Below, in pieces: positions 61,808 through 64,000 of a DNA stretch of 64,000 nt. The notes beneath the pieces are model-generated. The model saw only the letters and a program-made list of their open reading frames with translations. It was not told where the DNA came from and did no database searches. Position numbers and translations under genes: made by a program. This DNA is from Lytechinus pictus (Eukaryota), in NCBI RefSeq assembly GCF_037042905.1, contig NC_087249.1, positions 8,620,001 through 8,684,000 on the forward strand. The letters run 5' to 3'. How positions within the stretch are numbered: position 1 is the first letter of the stretch; each line of letters opens with the position of its first letter.

Positions 61808-63592
61808 GTGATGAAAGAACTTTCAGATTCTAAAAACGGATTAAAGATAGGTCACTTAAATGTATGTAGCCTCCCTGTAAAATTTGATAATATGAAAGAA
61901 ACATTTGTAAACATGCCATTTGACATTCTAACTTTATCTGAAACTCACCTTGATAACACTGTAAATGATTCTGAAATATGCTTACAGGGATTTAATTTGG
62001 AAAGATTGGATAGAAACCGCCAAGGAGGCGGTGTAGCAGTTTACATCTCAGAGAGAATTACTTATTGTCGTAGATATGATCTGGAAATTGGAAAAATAGA
62101 GGCATTATGGGTTAAGGTCAATTTCAAAAAATCAAAATCCTTACTTATTGGTACATTCTACAGGGCACCAAGGTCAAATGTAGAATACCTCAGTGGTATA
62201 GAACAAACATTAGCTAAAGCCTCGGAATCTAATCTTGAAATAATTGTCTTGGGTGACTTTAACTATAATATGATGTGTAACAGAGAATCAAAGGTGATAA
62301 AGAAGCTCTGTGATCAGAACAGTATGAAACAGATCATAAAGCGCCCTACTAGAATCACTCAAACTAGTGGTACCCTTATAGATCTTATAATGACTAATGC
62401 CCCACAGAATATAATTGAAAGTAATGTCATTTCACTGGGGATAAGTGATCACAATCTGATATATGCAACACGTAAACTCTTCAAACCTAAGTTACCTCCT
62501 CGTACAATAAAATATCGATCATTTAAAGGATTTGATATCAATCAATTCCTAAGCGATCTACAGAATGCCGACTGGACTTTTTGTATGTCGCAAAGAGATC
62601 CAAATGTTGTTTGGGAATCATGGAAAGTATTTTTTTTAAATATATGTAACAAGAATGCTCCCATTGTATCACATGTCATGAGAGGTCAAAAAACACCATG
62701 GGTAAATGATGAATACAGTAATCTTTCTCATAAAAGGGACAAGCTTCAAAAATTAGCTGACTTGAGTAGTAATCCTTCTCATTGGGTTGAGTATAAACAA
62801 GTGCGAAATTATGTAAATAACCTGAGAAGGACATTGAAAAAAGAGTATTATCATAATAGCATTGTCGACAATCGTAGAAACCCTAAGCAACTATGGAATG
62901 TACTTAGAGATGTGACTCCTAATAAGAAATCGAAAAAACAAGCAATTGGATTATGTATCAATGGTACAATGGAATTAGATACAAATAAATTAGCCCAGGC
63001 ATTTAATAACTTCTTCCTTTCTTCTGGATCTGGTCCGAAACCCGACAATCCGACCTCATGTAGGAATGTTAGACTTGAAAAAAATGATACTGAGTTTCAC
63101 TTTGAGGAAATCACTGAAGCATTTGTGCTTGCTGAATTGAACAAAATACAAGCCTCAAAGTCCTCTGGACCTGACGGATTACCCCCTAAACTATTAAAAA
63201 CAGCAGCACCTATTATTTCAACTCATCTAACTCACTTATTCAATTTATCCCTTCAAACCGGACAAATACCAGATGAATGGAAGAAGGCAAATGTCACTCC
63301 TATTCATAAAGGGGGTGACACCAATAGTACAAATAACTTTAGACCCATTTCGGTCATCCCTATAGTAATGAAGATATTTGAACGATCAATAAATAGTCAA
63401 TTGACAGACTACCTTAATGCCCATTCTATGTTTGCACCTCAACAATCAGGATTTCGGGAAGATCATAGTACAGATACTGTTATGGCTTACCTAAGTGATT
63501 TTGTATACAAACAAATGGATCAGGGTCTGCTGACACGGATGGTTTTTTTAGACTTTCGCAAGGCCTTCGATTCCGTAGACCATGAACTTCTG
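61808..63592 (+). pseudogene. LINE D ORF2 fragment (APE + N-terminal RT), truncated at both ends
   Basis: HLNVCSL, SETHL, GDFN, SDH, NFRPIS, QSGFR, LDFRKAFDSVDHELL. Similarity to RT ends at ~63592, before the QG and YADD motifs. Confidence 0.9.
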
Positions 63593-64000
63593 AGAAGGAG
63601 TGAACAAAAGAAACAAAAGAAACCCGCATGCAAACGTATTGCATACGCTGTGTACATATGCGAAATGGGTTCGGCTAGAGACTTTGATCTGACCCATGGA
63701 ATCAATTGCCATACATATAAAAATAATAAAATAAAAAGAGGTGTTTTGGTTCGCACCAAGCTCATTGACTATGCAAAAACCCTCTTGTCATGAATATCAC
63801 TTGGATAAAAGAAGCTACTTTTTCAGGGCTTGCGGACTGACTGTTCACTTTTCTGTCTTCTCTTATTTTTCCTCATTTTCCCTCTTCTCTTTCCCCGTTT
63901 TTCTCTTTTCTTTCGTTCCCCTTCCTTTTTTATGCGGGGGGGGGGGGGCGGGGGAGCCGGGCCTTTCCCTGGATCCGCCTATGCCCTGTCGGCGGATGGT

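Overview
AT-rich, intron-containing animal DNA, most likely from an invertebrate deuterostome; an echinoid-like host is inferred from the repeat families and is not proven. It contains no prokaryotic operons and no CRISPR array. Contents: (1) a complete 5-exon AF9/ENL-family (YEATS + AHD) gene on + at 20775-31295, about 665 aa; (2) a micro-exon gene on + at 46318-53190 that the ORF track misses, which splices into a 70-aa secreted prepropeptide ending in a two-Cys loop (CPPGLWKCW), with one splice donor duplicated by a transposon insertion; (3) four APE-type non-LTR retrotransposons. Two of these form a nest (a hAT-type MITE contains a LINE with SAP-esterase ORF1 and 2A-PHD-EN-RT ORF2, which contains a 5'-truncated LINE with intact ORF2), and two lie head-to-head at the right end; (4) many non-autonomous elements, including a Helentron/HINE-like element, TTAA-flanked, Harbinger-, hAT-, MULE- and Tc1-type MITEs, tRNA-SINEs, a Penelope-like inverted repeat with hammerhead-core motifs, and tandem repeats. 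All calls come from manual reading; no searches were run.
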